This document shows positions 30,471-38,839 of a stretch of DNA of 61,953 nucleotides, piece after piece (position 1 is the stretch's first letter; each line of letters starts with the position of its first letter). The translations under genes were made by a program, and so were the position numbers. Origin of the DNA: an uncultured Thermotogae bacterium (lineage in GTDB: Bacteria > Bipolaricaulota > Bipolaricaulia > UBA7950 > UBA9294); NCBI GenBank assembly GCA_964554715.1, contig CAZKPU010000002.1:1-61953 (forward strand). The letters are read 5' to 3'. The notes beneath the pieces were generated by a model. That model ran no database searches. It was not told the origin of the DNA and was given only the letters and a program-made list of their open reading frames with translations.

Positions 30471-30909
30471 GGATCTGCGTCCGACCAAAGGAAGCACGCA
30501 CCGGCGGAAGCGCGTGGGACGTGGCTATGGATCCGGACGTGGCGGCCATGAGAGTGGCAAAGGAACCAAGGGGCAGAACTCGCGGAGCGGTGGCGGGACC
30601 CGTCCCGGTTTCGAGGGCGGACAGACCCCGATCTGGATGCGGTTCCCGAAACGAGGGTTCCGGAACGCTGCACGTGTGGAGTACGCCGTTGTCAATGTGG
30701 ACACGCTGGAGGAGCGGTTTGAGGCTCAGTCCGAGGTGACTCTGGAGCGGCTGCGCGAAATGCAAGTGGTCAAAGGGCGCGTAGCGCGGCTCAAGATCCT
30801 TGGCCGGGGAGAGATCACCAAACCGCTGACCGTCAAGGCGCATCGGTTCACGAAAGAGGCGCGGCAGAAGATCGAACAGGCGGGCGGAACCACGGAGGAG
30901 ATGAGCTGA
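30460..30909 (+). CDS. rplO: 50S ribosomal protein L15
   Basis: [25 protein letters not shown]; start corrected. Confidence 0.98.
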   Translation: MRLEDLRPTKGSTHRRKRVGRGYGSGRGGHESGKGTKGQNSRSGGGTRPGFEGGQTPIWMRFPKRGFRNAARVEYAVVNVDTLEERFEAQSEVTLERLREMQVVKGRVARLKILGRGEITKPLTVKAHRFTKEARQKIEQAGGTTEEMS

Positions 30910-32195
30910 TGTGGGAGAAGGTGGCGCACCTTTGGAGAATTCCTGAGCTTCGAAAGCGGATTCTGTTTACGCTTGGGGCGATTATTGTTGTGCGTTTGGG
31001 CGCACTCATTACCGTGCCGGGGATCGATCAAGAGATCCTCAAGGATTTCTGGGAGAACCAGGGCGCGGGGGTTTTCGGGTTCTTCGACATGTTTTCGGGT
31101 GGTGCGCTTTCCAACTTCTCTTTGTTTGCGCTCGGTGTGACACCGTACATCAACGCGTCGATTATCTTCAGCCTCTTGACCTCGGTGGTCCCCAAGCTGA
31201 AGGAGCTGCAACGGCAAGGGCGTGAAGGACGACGAAAGATCACGGCTTATACCCGGTGGGCAACGGTTGTTCTTGCTGTTCTTCAGGGAATGGTGATGAG
31301 TTACTGGATGCGAAGCGCCGTGGTCGGAAGCGGTCTGTGGTTCTACATATCGACGATTATCATTCTTGTGACGGGGACGATCTTCCTGATGTGGTTGGGC
31401 GAAAGGATGACGGAGAACGGAATCGGAAACGGGATCAGCATGATCATCATGGTCGGGATCCTCGCTCGCTTCCCGACTCAGATCGGTCGAACCGCCCTTC
31501 AGATCAGTTCCGGAGGAACAAGCATCATTTGGGGACTGGCCTTGATCGCGTTGTTCATCGTGGTGATTGCCGGCGTCATCATCGTCCAGCAGGGGCAGCG
31601 TAAGATTCAGATTCAGTATGCAAAGCGGACATCCGGACGGCGCGTATACGGAGGACACTCCAGCCATCTTCCGATCCGGGTGAACCAAGGCGGCGTCATC
31701 CCGATCATCTTTGCCTCGGCGCTGCTGACAGTCCCGGTGACGATCATCAGCGCGATCGATTCTGCGCAGTGGTTGGTCCCCTACGTCACTCAAGGAAGCC
31801 TTGCCTACGTTATCTGCTATGTGTTGTTGATCTTCTTCTTCACGTTCTTCTATAGCTCGATCGTGTTTGAGCCCGGGGAAGTCGCGAAGAACGTCCGCGA
31901 TTCCGGAGGGTTCATCCCCGGAGTGCGTCCGGGCCGCCCGACGGCGGAATACATCTCGGGCGTGCTGAACCGAGTGTTGATGATCGGTGCGGTATTTCTG
32001 GCAAGCGTTGCCGCGTTGCCGTACGTGTTCTCTGCGTTGAGCGGATTGACGGCTGCGTTCTTGGTTGGCGGAACATCGTTGCTGATCGTGGTCGGTGTCG
32101 GGATGGATACGATCATGCAGATCGAAGCGCACCTTGTGATGCGGCACTACGAGAGCCTGGCGAAGTCCGGTGGACTTCTCGGGCGTCGGGGGTAA
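30909..32195 (+). CDS. secY: preprotein translocase SecY
   Basis: FALGVTPYINASII, GIGNGIS, GVIPIIFA, GGTSLLIVVGV. Confidence 0.99.
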   Translation: MWEKVAHLWRIPELRKRILFTLGAIIVVRLGALITVPGIDQEILKDFWENQGAGVFGFFDMFSGGALSNFSLFALGVTPYINASIIFSLLTSVVPKLKELQRQGREGRRKITAYTRWATVVLAVLQGMVMSYWMRSAVVGSGLWFYISTIIILVTGTIFLMWLGERMTENGIGNGISMIIMVGILARFPTQIGRTALQISSGGTSIIWGLALIALFIVVIAGVIIVQQGQRKIQIQYAKRTSGRRVYGGHSSHLPIRVNQGGVIPIIFASALLTVPVTIISAIDSAQWLVPYVTQGSLAYVICYVLLIFFFTFFYSSIVFEPGEVAKNVRDSGGFIPGVRPGRPTAEYISGVLNRVLMIGAVFLASVAALPYVFSALSGLTAAFLVGGTSLLIVVGVGMDTIMQIEAHLVMRHYESLAKSGGLLGRRG

Positions 32196-32201
32196 TGGCC
32201 T

Positions 32202-32837
32202 ATGCGCGGACGGATCATTCTTCTCGGCCCTCCGGGAGCCGGCAAGGGAACTCAGGCGAAGTGGCTGGTCGAGAAGACGGGCCTGCTTCATCTTTCGACT
32301 GGCGATTTGCTGCGGGATGAAGTGGCGCAGGGAACGGACCTCGGTAAGAACGCGAAAGAGTTCATGGATCGAGGAGATCTTGTCCCTGACGATGTGATCG
32401 TCGAAATGATCCGCGGAAGGATCACCGATGCTCCCGGATTCATCCTCGACGGGTTCCCGAGAACGGTAGGCCAGGCGGAGGCGTTGGCGCGGATAACGCC
32501 GGTGGATGCTGTCGTGTACATCTCTCTCGGGCGTGAGGACGTCATTGATCGTCTTACATCCAGGAGGGTTTGCCGGGGTTGCGGACGGATCACCAATATC
32601 AATGCGCTTTCGGACGACGCAGCGAAAGACGGAAGGTGCAAGGCGTGCGGTGGGGAGTTCTACCAACGCGATGATGATCGCCGCGAAGTCATTGAGAACC
32701 GGTTCGACGTCTACATGGGGGCAACGGCGCCGTTGATCTCCTACTACGAGAACGCTGGCATCTTGAACGAGGTGAACGGGAATCAAGCTCCTGAAGATGT
32801 GCTTTCCGAAATCCTTGCGGTTGTCGAGACGGCATGA
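32202..32837 (+). CDS. adk: adenylate kinase (zinc LID)
   Basis: GPPGAGKGTQA, LDGFPRT, CRGC...CKAC, QRDDD. Confidence 0.98.
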   Translation: MRGRIILLGPPGAGKGTQAKWLVEKTGLLHLSTGDLLRDEVAQGTDLGKNAKEFMDRGDLVPDDVIVEMIRGRITDAPGFILDGFPRTVGQAEALARITPVDAVVYISLGREDVIDRLTSRRVCRGCGRITNINALSDDAAKDGRCKACGGEFYQRDDDRREVIENRFDVYMGATAPLISYYENAGILNEVNGNQAPEDVLSEILAVVETA

Positions 32838-33589
32838 TCGCGATCAAGAGCGAGCAGGAGATTGCGGTTCTTCGAGCCAATGGGAAGATTCTCTCAGCGG
32901 TGCTTGCGGAGGTTGCCGAAGCGGCACAAGCGGGCGTATCGACCCTTGAGCTGGATGATCTGGCGGAACGCAGAATTCGCCAGGCAGGGGCCGAGCCTGC
33001 GTTCAAGGGATACCACGGGTATCCGGCTACATTGTGCACGTCGATCAATGAGGAAGTTGTGCACGGGATCCCGAGTAGCGATCGGATCTTGAGTTCGGGA
33101 GATGTGCTGTCTGTGGATATCGGGCTCGAGAAGGACGGCTTGTTTGTCGACATGGCGACAACCGTGGCGATCGGAGACATCGATTCTGCTGCACGAAGGC
33201 TGCTTGAAGTAACCAAACAGAGCTTGTGGGAAGGGATTTCGCAAGTTACAATGGGAAAACGGTTGTCCGATGTGTCTCACGCGATCGGCTCTTATGTGGA
33301 GCGTGAGGGTTTCTATGTTGTGCGTGAGTATGTCGGACATGGAATCGGAAGAAAGCTGCATGAGGATCCTCAGATTCCGAACTACGGCCCATCGGGCCAA
33401 GGACCTCGGCTCAAGCCAGGGATGGTCCTGGCGATCGAGCCGATGGTGAAGGTCGATCCCGAGCCGACGAAGCTCGAAACGGACGACTGGACGGTCACTA
33501 CAGGAAGCGGAGGACTCGCAGCACACTTTGAACATACCGTCTTGGTGACGGAGAACGACGCAGAAGTCTTGACGCGAGGAGGTGACTAA
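32834..33589 (+). CDS. map: methionine aminopeptidase type I
   Basis: EVVHGIP, GHGIG, AIEPM, AHFEHT. Confidence 0.98.
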   Translation: MIAIKSEQEIAVLRANGKILSAVLAEVAEAAQAGVSTLELDDLAERRIRQAGAEPAFKGYHGYPATLCTSINEEVVHGIPSSDRILSSGDVLSVDIGLEKDGLFVDMATTVAIGDIDSAARRLLEVTKQSLWEGISQVTMGKRLSDVSHAIGSYVEREGFYVVREYVGHGIGRKLHEDPQIPNYGPSGQGPRLKPGMVLAIEPMVKVDPEPTKLETDDWTVTTGSGGLAAHFEHTVLVTENDAEVLTRGGD

Positions 33590-33595
33590 GGACCA

Positions 33596-33838
33596 GTGGC
33601 AAAGGCCGAAAACCGAGGAAAGAGCAATTCGGACGTGATTCGCGTGCGAGGAGAAGTTCTCGAGTGTCTGCCAAGCTCGATGTTCCGCGTGCGGTTGAGC
33701 AACGGCCACATGCTGTTGTGCCACATCTCTGGCCGGATTCGGAAGCACTACATCCGCATTCTCACAGGGGATCGCGTGATTGTGGAGATGTCTCCCTATG
33801 ACACGACCAAAGGGCGGATTGTCTACCGAGAAAGCTAG
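33596..33838 (+). CDS. infA: translation initiation factor IF-1
   Basis: [27 protein letters not shown]. Confidence 0.97.
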   Translation: MAKAENRGKSNSDVIRVRGEVLECLPSSMFRVRLSNGHMLLCHISGRIRKHYIRILTGDRVIVEMSPYDTTKGRIVYRES

Positions 33839-33869
33839 AGGAAGGGCACGGAAAGGTCCGAGGTTCGAT

Positions 33870-33983
33870 ATGAAAGTCCGAAGTTCCGCAAAGAAGATCT
33901 GCGCGCACTGCAAGGTAATTCGACGCAAAGGGCGTGTGATGATTGTGTGCCGGAACCCCCGGCACAAGCAGCGACAGGGGTAA
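33870..33983 (+). CDS. rpmJ: 50S ribosomal protein L36
   Basis: [15 protein letters not shown]...HKQRQG. Confidence 0.98.
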   Translation: MKVRSSAKKICAHCKVIRRKGRVMIVCRNPRHKQRQG

Positions 33984-33996
33984 GAGGAGAGAAGGT

Positions 33997-34362
33997 ATGG
34001 CGCGGATAGCTGGTGTCAACCTGCCGAACGACAAGCGTGTCGAGATCGGTCTGACTTACATCTACGGGATCGGCCGAACTCGGGCCGTTGAGATCCTTGA
34101 GAGAGCAGGCGTGTCTCCGGACACCCGTGTGAAAGACCTTACAGAGCAAGAGGTCGCCACGCTTCGACGCGAAGTGGAGCAGTTCGAGGTAGAAGGTGAC
34201 CTTCGCCGAAGGGTCGTGGGCAGTATCCAGCGGTTGAAAGACATCAACGCCTACCGTGGGATCCGTCACAAGCGACGCCTGCCCGCCCGTGGTCAACGCA
34301 CGCGTGCCAACGCGAGAACCCTGAAGGGGCCTCGTCCGGCGAAAGCAGGGAAGAAGAGGTAA
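33997..34362 (+). CDS. rpsM: 30S ribosomal protein S13
   Basis: [27 protein letters not shown]. Confidence 0.98.
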   Translation: MARIAGVNLPNDKRVEIGLTYIYGIGRTRAVEILERAGVSPDTRVKDLTEQEVATLRREVEQFEVEGDLRRRVVGSIQRLKDINAYRGIRHKRRLPARGQRTRANARTLKGPRPAKAGKKR

Positions 34363-34364
34363 AG

Positions 34365-34715
34365 ATGGCGAAGAACATAAAGCTTGAGCGAGCGCGAGTC
34401 CACATCCACGCGACGTTCAACAACACGATTATCACCGTGACGGAGCCCAACGGAAACCCTGTGATGTGGAAGAGCCCTGGAACTGTCGGCTATAAGGGAT
34501 CTCGCAAAGGAACGCCCTATGCTGCACAGATCGCTGCTGAGTCGCTTGTGCGCGACATGAAGGACGCCGGGGTCCGCTCCGTTCTGATTACTGTCAAGGG
34601 GACCGGATCGGGAAGGCAATCGGTTCTACAGACGATCAAGAACTCTGGGATTCGTGTTGAGGATGTCAGGAACGTGACGCCTGTCTCGCACAGCAGCAGC
34701 AGGGGGAGACGATAA
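34365..34715 (+). CDS. rpsK: 30S ribosomal protein S11 (divergent, truncated C-terminal tail)
   Basis: HATFNNTI, KGSRKGTPYAAQ; position between rpsM and rpsD. Confidence 0.95.
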   Translation: MAKNIKLERARVHIHATFNNTIITVTEPNGNPVMWKSPGTVGYKGSRKGTPYAAQIAAESLVRDMKDAGVRSVLITVKGTGSGRQSVLQTIKNSGIRVEDVRNVTPVSHSSSRGRR

Positions 34716-35338
34716 TGGGAAGAGAAACGGGTCCCAAGTGCAAGCGGTGTCGGCGAGAAGGTGAGAAGCTTTACCTCAAGGGCGACCGTTGCTATTCGCG
34801 GAGTTGCCCGATGTCAGGGCGTGGGACTCCCCCCGGTGAGCGGGCGAAGAAGCGGCGGCCCCGCAAGAGCCAATACCTTCTTCATCTGCGAGAGAAGCAG
34901 AAGGCGAAGAGGATCTACGGTCTCCGTGAGCGGCAGTTCCGAAAGATCGTCGAGACGGCGAAGCGAAAGAAGGGTGTAACCGGCGAAACGATCCTCTCCT
35001 TGCTGGAGCGGCGGTTCGACAACACGGTGTATCGTGCCGGGTTTGCGTCGTCTCGGGATCAGGCGCGGCAGTTGATCACGCACGGACACTTCGAACTGAA
35101 CGGGCGCGCAACCAACGTGCCGTCCGTAACCTTGCGGGAAGGCGATGTGATCTCCGTCAAGGAGGCGCGCCAGAATGCACTTCGGCCGCTGACGGAGCAG
35201 AACCAGGGACGAGACGTCCCCGGCTGGCTGGAGCGAAACGCAGAAGCGATGCGCGCCCAGATGATTGCTCTTCCGAAGGCGGAAGACACAAGCCAGACGA
35301 ACGCCTCGAATCTCATCGTAGAGTTCTACTCGCGCTAG
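34715..35338 (+). CDS. rpsD: 30S ribosomal protein S4
   Basis: CKRCRREG zinc motif, LERRFDN, QLITHGH, IVEFYSR. Confidence 0.98.
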   Translation: MGRETGPKCKRCRREGEKLYLKGDRCYSRSCPMSGRGTPPGERAKKRRPRKSQYLLHLREKQKAKRIYGLRERQFRKIVETAKRKKGVTGETILSLLERRFDNTVYRAGFASSRDQARQLITHGHFELNGRATNVPSVTLREGDVISVKEARQNALRPLTEQNQGRDVPGWLERNAEAMRAQMIALPKAEDTSQTNASNLIVEFYSR

Positions 35339-35347
35339 GAGGGACAG

Positions 35348-36301
35348 ATGGACGGACTGGTTTTCCCGGACAAGATCCAAGCGGTGGAACTCGGCGAGAC
35401 GTACGGGAAGATCGTGATCTCTCCGCTGGAGCGGGGGATGGCAACGACGCTGGGGAATGGCATGCGGCGCACGTTGCTGTCGAGTATTCCGGGTGCTGCC
35501 GTGGTGCGCGTCATGTTCACCGGCAAGTACCATGAATACGACACGATCGAGGGTGTTCAGGAAGATATCCTTGAGATCATCTTGAACATCAAGTCGATTG
35601 CCTTGCGAGCTCATGGGGAAGAGGTCAAGCGGCTTACTGTGGAGAAGACCGGTCCGTGCGAAGTCACTGCAGGGGATTTGGTCCTCCCGCCGGGTGTGGA
35701 GATCATCAATCCCGACCTCCATCTGGCAACCCTGAACGGCGACGGCGTGCTTGAACTGGAACTCGAGGTCGAAACTGGCTACGGCTATCGAACGTCCGAG
35801 CTGAACAAGCTGTCAGACGGGGCGATCTCGGTGATTCCGATTGACGCCGACTTCTCACCTGTGCGCAAAGTGAACTTCTCCGTCGAGGAGACACGGGTTG
35901 GGGGACTGAGCGGATACGAGCGGCTGACGATGGAGGTTTCGACGGACGGAGGAATCCGGCCGGAAGAAGCGGTTTCGGAAGCAGCGAAGATCCTCTCGCA
36001 TCATCTCTCGATGTTTTCGGAGTTTGCGGCGCATCCGTTCGGAGTGGAGCTTGTCGAAGAGAGTCCCGAGGAAGACAGCAGGCTCTCGATTCTGCTCACG
36101 GACCTGGACGTGGATCCTCGTGCCTGCAACCTGCTTCGTGAGGCGGAAATCGTCACGCTTGGCGACTTGCTGTCGCGTCCGCGCGAAGAGCTCCTCGATA
36201 TCCATGGTTTCGGTGCGAAGACGCTCGGTCGAGTCGAGGAGCGGCTGCGTGAGCTGGACTATGAGCTGAGAAGCGAAGAGGAGATGCGAGATGCGTCATA
36301 G
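35348..36301 (+). CDS. rpoA: RNA polymerase subunit alpha
   Basis: PLERGMATTLGNGMRRTLLS, DADFSPV, CTD with RACNLL/FGAKT. Confidence 0.98.
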   Translation: MDGLVFPDKIQAVELGETYGKIVISPLERGMATTLGNGMRRTLLSSIPGAAVVRVMFTGKYHEYDTIEGVQEDILEIILNIKSIALRAHGEEVKRLTVEKTGPCEVTAGDLVLPPGVEIINPDLHLATLNGDGVLELELEVETGYGYRTSELNKLSDGAISVIPIDADFSPVRKVNFSVEETRVGGLSGYERLTMEVSTDGGIRPEEAVSEAAKILSHHLSMFSEFAAHPFGVELVEESPEEDSRLSILLTDLDVDPRACNLLREAEIVTLGDLLSRPREELLDIHGFGAKTLGRVEERLRELDYELRSEEEMRDAS

Positions 36302-36641
36302 ACGAAAGACCGAGAAGCTTGGGATGGACAAGGCGCGTCGGGAGAGCGTGCTTGCGAATCTATCCGTGGGGCTGATTCTTCACGAAAAGGTGGATACCAC
36401 GTTGGCTCGTGCGAAGGCGACGCAACGGTACTCCGAGCGGCTGATCACGCTTGCGCGAAGGGGCGATCAACACGCTCGCCGGCTCGTGTTCTCGCGGCTG
36501 CAGGACAAAGCCGCCGTAGACAAGTTGTTCAACGAGGTCGGGCCGAGATTCGCCGATCGACCGGGGGGATACACCCGTGTGTTGAAGCTCGGTCCCCGAG
36601 AAGGGGACGGGGCCGAACTGGCTCGTTTGATGTTTGTGTAG
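36291..36641 (+). CDS. rplQ: 50S ribosomal protein L17
   Basis: MRHR, RPGGYTRVLK. Confidence 0.98.
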   Translation: MRHRRKTEKLGMDKARRESVLANLSVGLILHEKVDTTLARAKATQRYSERLITLARRGDQHARRLVFSRLQDKAAVDKLFNEVGPRFADRPGGYTRVLKLGPREGDGAELARLMFV

Positions 36642-36681
36642 AGAGAAGGTCTGGCGCATCGAGCGACCGGACGAAAGGACG

Positions 36682-36722
36682 AGAAGCCGCGGTTCTTCGG
36701 GGAACGGCGGCTTCTTTTCTTA
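36682..36722 (+). terminator. intrinsic terminator of the ribosomal superoperon (between convergent genes)
   Basis: AGAAGCCGC/GCGGCTTCT stem with inner GTTC/GAAC, followed by a T-rich tract. Confidence 0.85.
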
Positions 36723-36734
36723 TCGGAACCGCGG

Positions 36735-37721
36735 TCACTCCGCGATGTCGGGAAGGTCGCCGCTTGCCGCTCTCTCGGAGAGGCGGGCGATCATGTCCTT
36801 GGCCATCGATGCAAGGTCGTACCCGGGGCTCCAATCCCATTGTTCCCGTGCCGCCGAGTCGTCGACTGCTTGAGGCCATGAATCCGCGATCTCCTGCCGG
36901 AAATCGGGCTCGAATGTGCACGTGAATCCGGGAACAAGGTCGGCGATCTGCTGGGCAAGCTCGCCGGCGGAGAAGCTGAGCGCGCCAACGTTGAAATCGG
37001 CATATCGGGAAAGCCGGCTTCGGTCCGCCTCCATCAGATCGATCGTCGCCTTGATGCAGTCGGGCATGTACATCATCGGGAGAACAGTGTCCTCTCGTAC
37101 GAAGCATGTGTAGCGCCTGCCGGCCACGGCGGCGTAGAAGATCGCCACTGCGTAGTCGGTGGTTCCACCGCCGGGAAGGGTCTCACTGGAGATGATCCCG
37201 GGATACCTCAGGCCGCGGATATCCATGCCGAACCGGCGGACGTAGTACTCGCACAACAGCTCGCCGGCAACTTTGGTGACACCGTACATGGTTGTCGGGC
37301 GAAGGACCGTGTTCTGAGGAGCACAGGCATGAGGGGTCTCGGGTCCGAAGACCGCAATCGAGCTGGGGAGGAAGATCTGATCGATCTCCAGCGCGCGCGC
37401 GGCCTCGAGAATGTGGGTCAACCCGTCGATGTTCACCTTCCACGCAAGCTGGGGCTTCTTCTCGCCGACGGCGGAGAGGATCGCAGACATGTGATAGAGC
37501 GTGTTGATCTTGTAGTCGGTGATTGCTTTCTCTATCTGAGCGCGATCGGTGACATCGATCCATGTAAAAGGACCCGAATCACGCAGAGTGGGGCCGGGTT
37601 GGGAACGGTGTCCTGCCGCGATGACGTTATCCGCTCCGTAACGATCACGCAACGCCAGCGTGAGCTCCGAACCGATTTGCCCGACTGCGCCGGTCACGAG
37701 GATGCGTTTCTGGGTGCTCAA
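36735..37721 (-). CDS. L-threonine 3-dehydrogenase (extended SDR / NAD-dependent epimerase family)
   Basis: ILVTGAVGQIGSEL, PSSIAVFG, MYGVTK, LRYPGIIS...GGGTTDY, IADSWP; TTG start after GGAGGA. Confidence 0.88.
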   Translation of the reverse strand: MSTQKRILVTGAVGQIGSELTLALRDRYGADNVIAAGHRSQPGPTLRDSGPFTWIDVTDRAQIEKAITDYKINTLYHMSAILSAVGEKKPQLAWKVNIDGLTHILEAARALEIDQIFLPSSIAVFGPETPHACAPQNTVLRPTTMYGVTKVAGELLCEYYVRRFGMDIRGLRYPGIISSETLPGGGTTDYAVAIFYAAVAGRRYTCFVREDTVLPMMYMPDCIKATIDLMEADRSRLSRYADFNVGALSFSAGELAQQIADLVPGFTCTFEPDFRQEIADSWPQAVDDSAAREQWDWSPGYDLASMAKDMIARLSERAASGDLPDIAE

Positions 37722-37903
37722 GGTTCCTCCTATCTGAAGTCCGTGGATGAACCAAGCGATTGTACGCAAGCGGCGAGGCAAGGACGAGGACGGGATCAAG
37801 ATGCGTCGCCGAACCGGCAGGACGGGTGCGAGAGCAACCGTGTTCGCACGGCGCCTTGTTCGGGTACACTACGATCTCGCGCTGTGCGGAGAGGGGGCGT
37901 CTC

Positions 37904-38800
37904 GTGATTCTGCTTGACATCCTGGCGCCGGTGTTCGTCATCGTGCTCCTTGGGTATGCCATCGGGCGAGTCAGTGAAGGGGTGGTGGCGCCGGTGGCGA
38001 AGGTTGCCTTCTTCATTCTGACGCCGTCGCTCATCATGAATACGCTCCTGACCGGCTCGATCTCAGCGACGGACGCGGGCACGATCGCACTGTTTGTGTT
38101 CATTGTGCACGGGGGGTTGTTCACCGGAACATGGGCGATCGGGCGCTTCCGAGGCTGGGGACGCGAACGAAGCGTTGCCTCATCGCTTGTAATGTCGTGC
38201 AGCAACGTCGGGAACTTCGGGCTTCCTGTGCTGTTGTTTGCGTTCGGAGAACAGGGATTCGCTCTGGGTGTGGTCTATGTTGTCGCGCATCAAGCGTTTC
38301 AGCTGATGCTTCCGTTGGGGGTTGCGGCGTGGGAAGAGGGAGAGGGAGTCAAAGCATGGCTCAGGAAGATCCTGAGTGTCCCGTGGATCTATGCGTTCGC
38401 TGCCGCCCTCCTGCTTCGTGGAACAGGGAGCGGCCTGCCCGATTTTCTCGGTCGTCCGTTGGCGATGTTGGCCCAAGCTGCGATTCCTGTGCAGCTTCTG
38501 ATCCTCGGCATGCAGCTATCCCGGGTGAAACTCAGAGGGATGTTGTCGGATGTAGCGGGATTGTCGACGGCGAAGCTTCTGATTCCACCGATCGTTGCGC
38601 TGGGTGTGACCGAACTGCTGGGTGTAGACGGGATCCTGCGCAGCGTTCTCGTATTGGAGGCAAGCGCGCCGGCGGCGGTGAACGCGCTCATCATCTCACT
38701 CCAGTACAACCGTGATCCGAGACTTGTATCGGGAACCCTATTGGTGACGACGCTTGGGAGTTTGATGACAATATCCGCACTGCTCATCTATCTTGCCTGA
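37904..38800 (+). CDS. AEC family (auxin efflux carrier/malate permease) transporter
   Basis: SNVGNFGLPV, PAAVNA, multiple TM segments; GTG start. Confidence 0.9.
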   Translation: MILLDILAPVFVIVLLGYAIGRVSEGVVAPVAKVAFFILTPSLIMNTLLTGSISATDAGTIALFVFIVHGGLFTGTWAIGRFRGWGRERSVASSLVMSCSNVGNFGLPVLLFAFGEQGFALGVVYVVAHQAFQLMLPLGVAAWEEGEGVKAWLRKILSVPWIYAFAAALLLRGTGSGLPDFLGRPLAMLAQAAIPVQLLILGMQLSRVKLRGMLSDVAGLSTAKLLIPPIVALGVTELLGVDGILRSVLVLEASAPAAVNALIISLQYNRDPRLVSGTLLVTTLGSLMTISALLIYLA

Positions 38801-38838
38801 GCGTTGCCGTTTCTGGCTGAGGGTGGCTATACTCGCAC
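38801..38838 (+). promoter_or_regulatory. putative promoter GCGTTGC-N16-TGGCTATACTCGCAC (copy 2), likely leaderless
   Basis: TTGCCG-N18-TATACT; ATG 7 nt after the -10; no SD. Confidence 0.6.
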
Positions 38839-38839
38839 G

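Noticed and set aside
30726-32786. 686-aa antisense ORF over secY-adk
   Set aside because: Mirror of conserved sense genes; no recognisable domain.
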